DNA of 39,777 nucleotides from a virus (Duplodnaviria; Heunggongvirae; Uroviricota; Caudoviricetes): IMG/VR virus record IMGVR_UViG_2537562191_000049; one strand, 5' to 3'. Shown piece by piece: positions 37,486 to 39,777 of this stretch (position 1 is its first letter; each line of letters starts with the position of its first letter). The notes under the pieces were generated by a model. It saw only the letters and a program-made list of their open reading frames with translations, ran no database searches and was not told where the DNA came from. The position numbers and the translations under genes were made by a program.

Positions 37486-37657
37486 TGCGTGTGGCATGTA
37501 TCGGCTTGTTACCGTACCCGACTCGTTTTTGGGCTTCTGCGCTAATTGCAAAGCCGCATGTCCTGATGGCTGACAACATCATCCCGGCACCAAAGCGCCG
37601 CCATACCGGTATTGCATCGGCACGACGAGCAGCAAAGAAACGCAGGAGAGCAAAACG

Positions 37658-37846
37658 ATGAAAAACCGTAAAGCAAAGATTCTGTTAGTTCGTAGAAACG
37701 CTCCTGGCGTCTGGCAGTGGGTGAGACTCAGCAACCGACGGGTGGGGTTAATGAAACATTACGGGATGATGGATTGTGGTTTTTGCAAAAAGCCCAGCGC
37801 GGCGCAAAACCGCTGGAAAAACCACTTGCGTACTAAAGGAGAGTGA
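37658..37846 (+). CDS. Hypothetical small basic protein (62 aa)
   Basis: ATG with SD aggagag. Confidence 0.4.
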   Translation: MKNRKAKILLVRRNAPGVWQWVRLSNRRVGLMKHYGMMDCGFCKKPSAAQNRWKNHLRTKGE

Positions 37847-37848
37847 TA

Positions 37849-38057
37849 TGGCTATTGCCGCAAGTTACACCATGCATCTCTATTGTGACTGCCGCCAGTG
37901 TACGGAAGGTGTATATCCAGTGCCAGACTTCGGAGAGTATATCGGCACGTCATGGGCTGGTTGTGCAAAAGAGGCGCGTAAGGATGGCTGGCGAATAAGC
38001 AAAGACAAAACACGTGCTTTTGCGCCTGGGCATAAAGTTTTGAGGATTAACAAATGA
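37849..38057 (+). CDS. Hypothetical Cys-containing protein (69 aa)
   Basis: Start taken at internal ATG 37849 (MAIAASYTMHLYCDCRQCTEG...); overlaps next gene start. Confidence 0.4.
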
Positions 38058-38380
38058 CCACTATTACCAGAGAACAAGCTCTGAAAATTATTGAGGCAGC
38101 CGATGAGGTTATTAGTGCGCTTGCCGGAACTAACGAGGATGTTCACCCTGGTAGCGATAACATGCTACGCCTGTGGGATGACCTGAATGACCGTTACGCG
38201 CCGCCGGAAGTTGTGCGTGAGCTGGCACGGATTGCGCTGGCATCGTTGGAAGCAAAACCAATAGGTGCTTCCACATTGCAGAACAGCAAGTTGACGGCAC
38301 AAGTGACTACCTCAAGGATGGAGAATGGCCTATTGATAATGGGACAATTGAAGTATACGCCGCCCCTCCAGTGCCAGTAG
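38054..38380 (+). CDS. Hypothetical protein (108 aa), possibly N-terminal part of a frameshifted gene
   Basis: ATG with SD tgagga; 3' end overlaps an alternative frame that reads protein-like sequence from 38221. Confidence 0.4.
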   Translation: MTTITREQALKIIEAADEVISALAGTNEDVHPGSDNMLRLWDDLNDRYAPPEVVRELARIALASLEAKPIGASTLQNSKLTAQVTTSRMENGLLIMGQLKYTPPLQCQ

Positions 38381-38856
38381 TACCTGAAGAAAAACCAATG
38401 CCTAACCCTCTTAGCATGTACGCGGTCGATGCTGTTGCCGCTATTGCAGAGGTGAGAGGCTGGAACGCCTGCCGCGCCGCCATGCTTCATGGTGCCGAAC
38501 CTGTAAGCCAAACTTACAAGTCACAACACACGCAGTTTGAACAAGTTGCTGACCTCTACGAAATGCAATTTGATGACGGTCGCACTTGTGCCTTTCACAC
38601 TGATGCGCAAAAGGCTGCGCAATGGCTTCAGGCATGCGACGGAAACAGGGTTCAGGAATACGTGAAGCTGGAGCGATTGCGTAATGCGCTATCGGGCAAC
38701 TCTCCGGTAACTCCGGATGGTTGGGTTATGGTGCCGAAGGAACCAACTCAGGCCATGATTAAAGCGTGGCTATCAGAGATTGCTAACTTTCGCGGTCATG
38801 CTGCTGGTTACAGGGCTGCTCTTGAGGCAGCACCACAGGAGGTTAACCGTGGCTAA
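38371..38856 (+). CDS. Hypothetical protein (161 aa)
   Basis: ORF with poor start context; frame is open upstream back to 38221. Confidence 0.45.
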   Translation: MPVVPEEKPMPNPLSMYAVDAVAAIAEVRGWNACRAAMLHGAEPVSQTYKSQHTQFEQVADLYEMQFDDGRTCAFHTDAQKAAQWLQACDGNRVQEYVKLERLRNALSGNSPVTPDGWVMVPKEPTQAMIKAWLSEIANFRGHAAGYRAALEAAPQEVNRG

Positions 38857-39133
38857 CCTGCAACTTGCCGTCAAAGGTGAATACTTCGATGCCATGATTC
38901 GCGGAGAGAAAACAGAAGAGTATCGCCTGTGTAATGACTACTGGAATAAGCGAATTATGTTCCGGGAGTATGACCGCCTGATTATCACAAAGGGATATCC
39001 GAAGCGCGACGACTCCAGCCGCAGAATAGACGTCCCGTATGACGGATATGAAATCAAGACAATCACACATCCCCACTTCGGCGATAAACCGGTAAAGGTG
39101 TTCGCGATAAATGTGAATATCGGCAATGAATAA
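38849..39133 (+). CDS. Hypothetical protein (94 aa)
   Basis: GTG at 38849 overlapping upstream stop; start site uncertain (alternative ATG 38894). Confidence 0.4.
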   Translation: MANLQLAVKGEYFDAMIRGEKTEEYRLCNDYWNKRIMFREYDRLIITKGYPKRDDSSRRIDVPYDGYEIKTITHPHFGDKPVKVFAINVNIGNE

Positions 39134-39192
39134 CAACCCTCGCATTTGCGGGGATTTCTTTTATCTGAACTCGCTACGGCGAGTTTTGTTTT

Positions 39193-39504
39193 ATGGAGAT
39201 GATTATGGTCTGTTCAACATTCAACCATCTAACGTTACAGAAATACCAGCCAGACCCTGAAGATTTATGCTCACTGTGTGGCGGAAATCATGGTAAAGCC
39301 GCCATGATCGAATGTAATGACAAAATCCACATTTGCCTTAATTGCGTTGATGTCCTCGTTGATATCAAAAATGAGAGAGAAGATAAAAAGCGTAGCGAGG
39401 CTATTCGCGCCTTAGATTCATGGATGCGAGATGGGTATAGTGCTGCGCAAATTTATGACTTAGCAATATCAAAAGGCGAAATACCAGGAGTACGCATCGA
39501 ATAA
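39193..39504 (+). CDS. Hypothetical Cys-rich protein (103 aa)
   Basis: ORF with CxxC...CxxC arrangement (CSLCGG...CLNC). Confidence 0.45.
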   Translation: MEMIMVCSTFNHLTLQKYQPDPEDLCSLCGGNHGKAAMIECNDKIHICLNCVDVLVDIKNEREDKKRSEAIRALDSWMRDGYSAAQIYDLAISKGEIPGVRIE

Positions 39505-39546
39505 GACATAACCGATATTCGAATTGAAGAACTGAAAGAACACCAA

Positions 39547-39572
39547 GCCGCCTGATGGCGGTTTCTTTTTGC
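39547..39572 (+). terminator. Candidate intrinsic terminator
   Basis: gccgcc-tgat-ggcggt followed by ttcttttt. Confidence 0.4.
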
Positions 39573-39585
39573 CTGGAGAATTAAG

Positions 39586-39777
39586 ATGACCGATACCAGC
39601 CTGATTCCTGAGAAAGAAGTGATGAACAAGCTCGGTGTTTCATCACGTCAGACAATCTGGAACTATACCAAACGACACGGATTTCCGAAGCCAGTCAGAA
39701 CCCACCCCAAATCATACCTTCGTGAAGCTGTTGAAGGGTGGATTCTTAACGGTGGCGTTAATCAGAAATGCTCCTGA
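39586..39777 (+). CDS. Excisionase-like (AlpA/Xis-type HTH) protein; integrase expected beyond the window
   Basis: 63 aa; ...KEVMNKLGVSSRQTIWNYTKRHGFPKPV... HTH typical of Xis/AlpA; SD ggaga; last gene of the early-left operon at the window edge. Confidence 0.55.
   Translation: MTDTSLIPEKEVMNKLGVSSRQTIWNYTKRHGFPKPVRTHPKSYLREAVEGWILNGGVNQKCS

Noticed and set aside
37485-37661. 58-codon basic ORF starting at a TAATG overlap with the Ead/Ea22-like gene
   Set aside because: Below the track threshold and Arg/Ala-rich low complexity; plausible but unsupported, so not listed as a feature.

Overview
This window is almost all of a P22/Sf6-like lambdoid prophage from an enterobacterial host (E. coli/Shigella type), lying inverted so that most phage genes are on the minus strand. 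All calls are from reading the translations and motifs by eye and from recalled protein families; no database search was run. Left to right: an AT-rich O-antigen-type acyltransferase (1-1068) convergent with a mosaic tailspike (1109-3046); an atypical immI-like region (3179-6352) with an Mnt homolog, two antirepressor-like genes, an unlisted Arc-like ORF, and a divergent CI-like protein whose S24 nucleophile is Ala plus a small membrane protein; the P22-type virion module (gp16, gp20, gp7, gp14, tail needle, gp10, gp4, coat, scaffold, portal, TerL, TerS; 6370-20004); Rha; a lambda-type lysis cassette (S, R, Rz/Rz1) with pR' and Q; a nin region (ninH, rusA, ybcO, ninF, ninE with an in-frame stop, Dam-type methyltransferase, ninB); a DnaB-like helicase; an O-like replication initiator split by an IS629 copy (29453-30762, 3-bp duplication CTT); the immunity core (cII, nutR, cro, OR, cI, a rex-position membrane protein, OL/pL, nutL, N-like antiterminator); and the early-left operon (cIII-like, Erf, SSB-like, Ead/Ea22-like, hypotheticals) ending in an excisionase-like gene at the right edge. 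Integrase and att sites are outside the window. No CRISPR array, tRNA or rRNA was recognised. The best candidates for something undescribed are the cassettes in the classical superinfection-exclusion positions: the CI-like/small-membrane-protein pair in the sieA position, the membrane protein in the rex position, and an AT-rich 156-aa gene in the pL operon.
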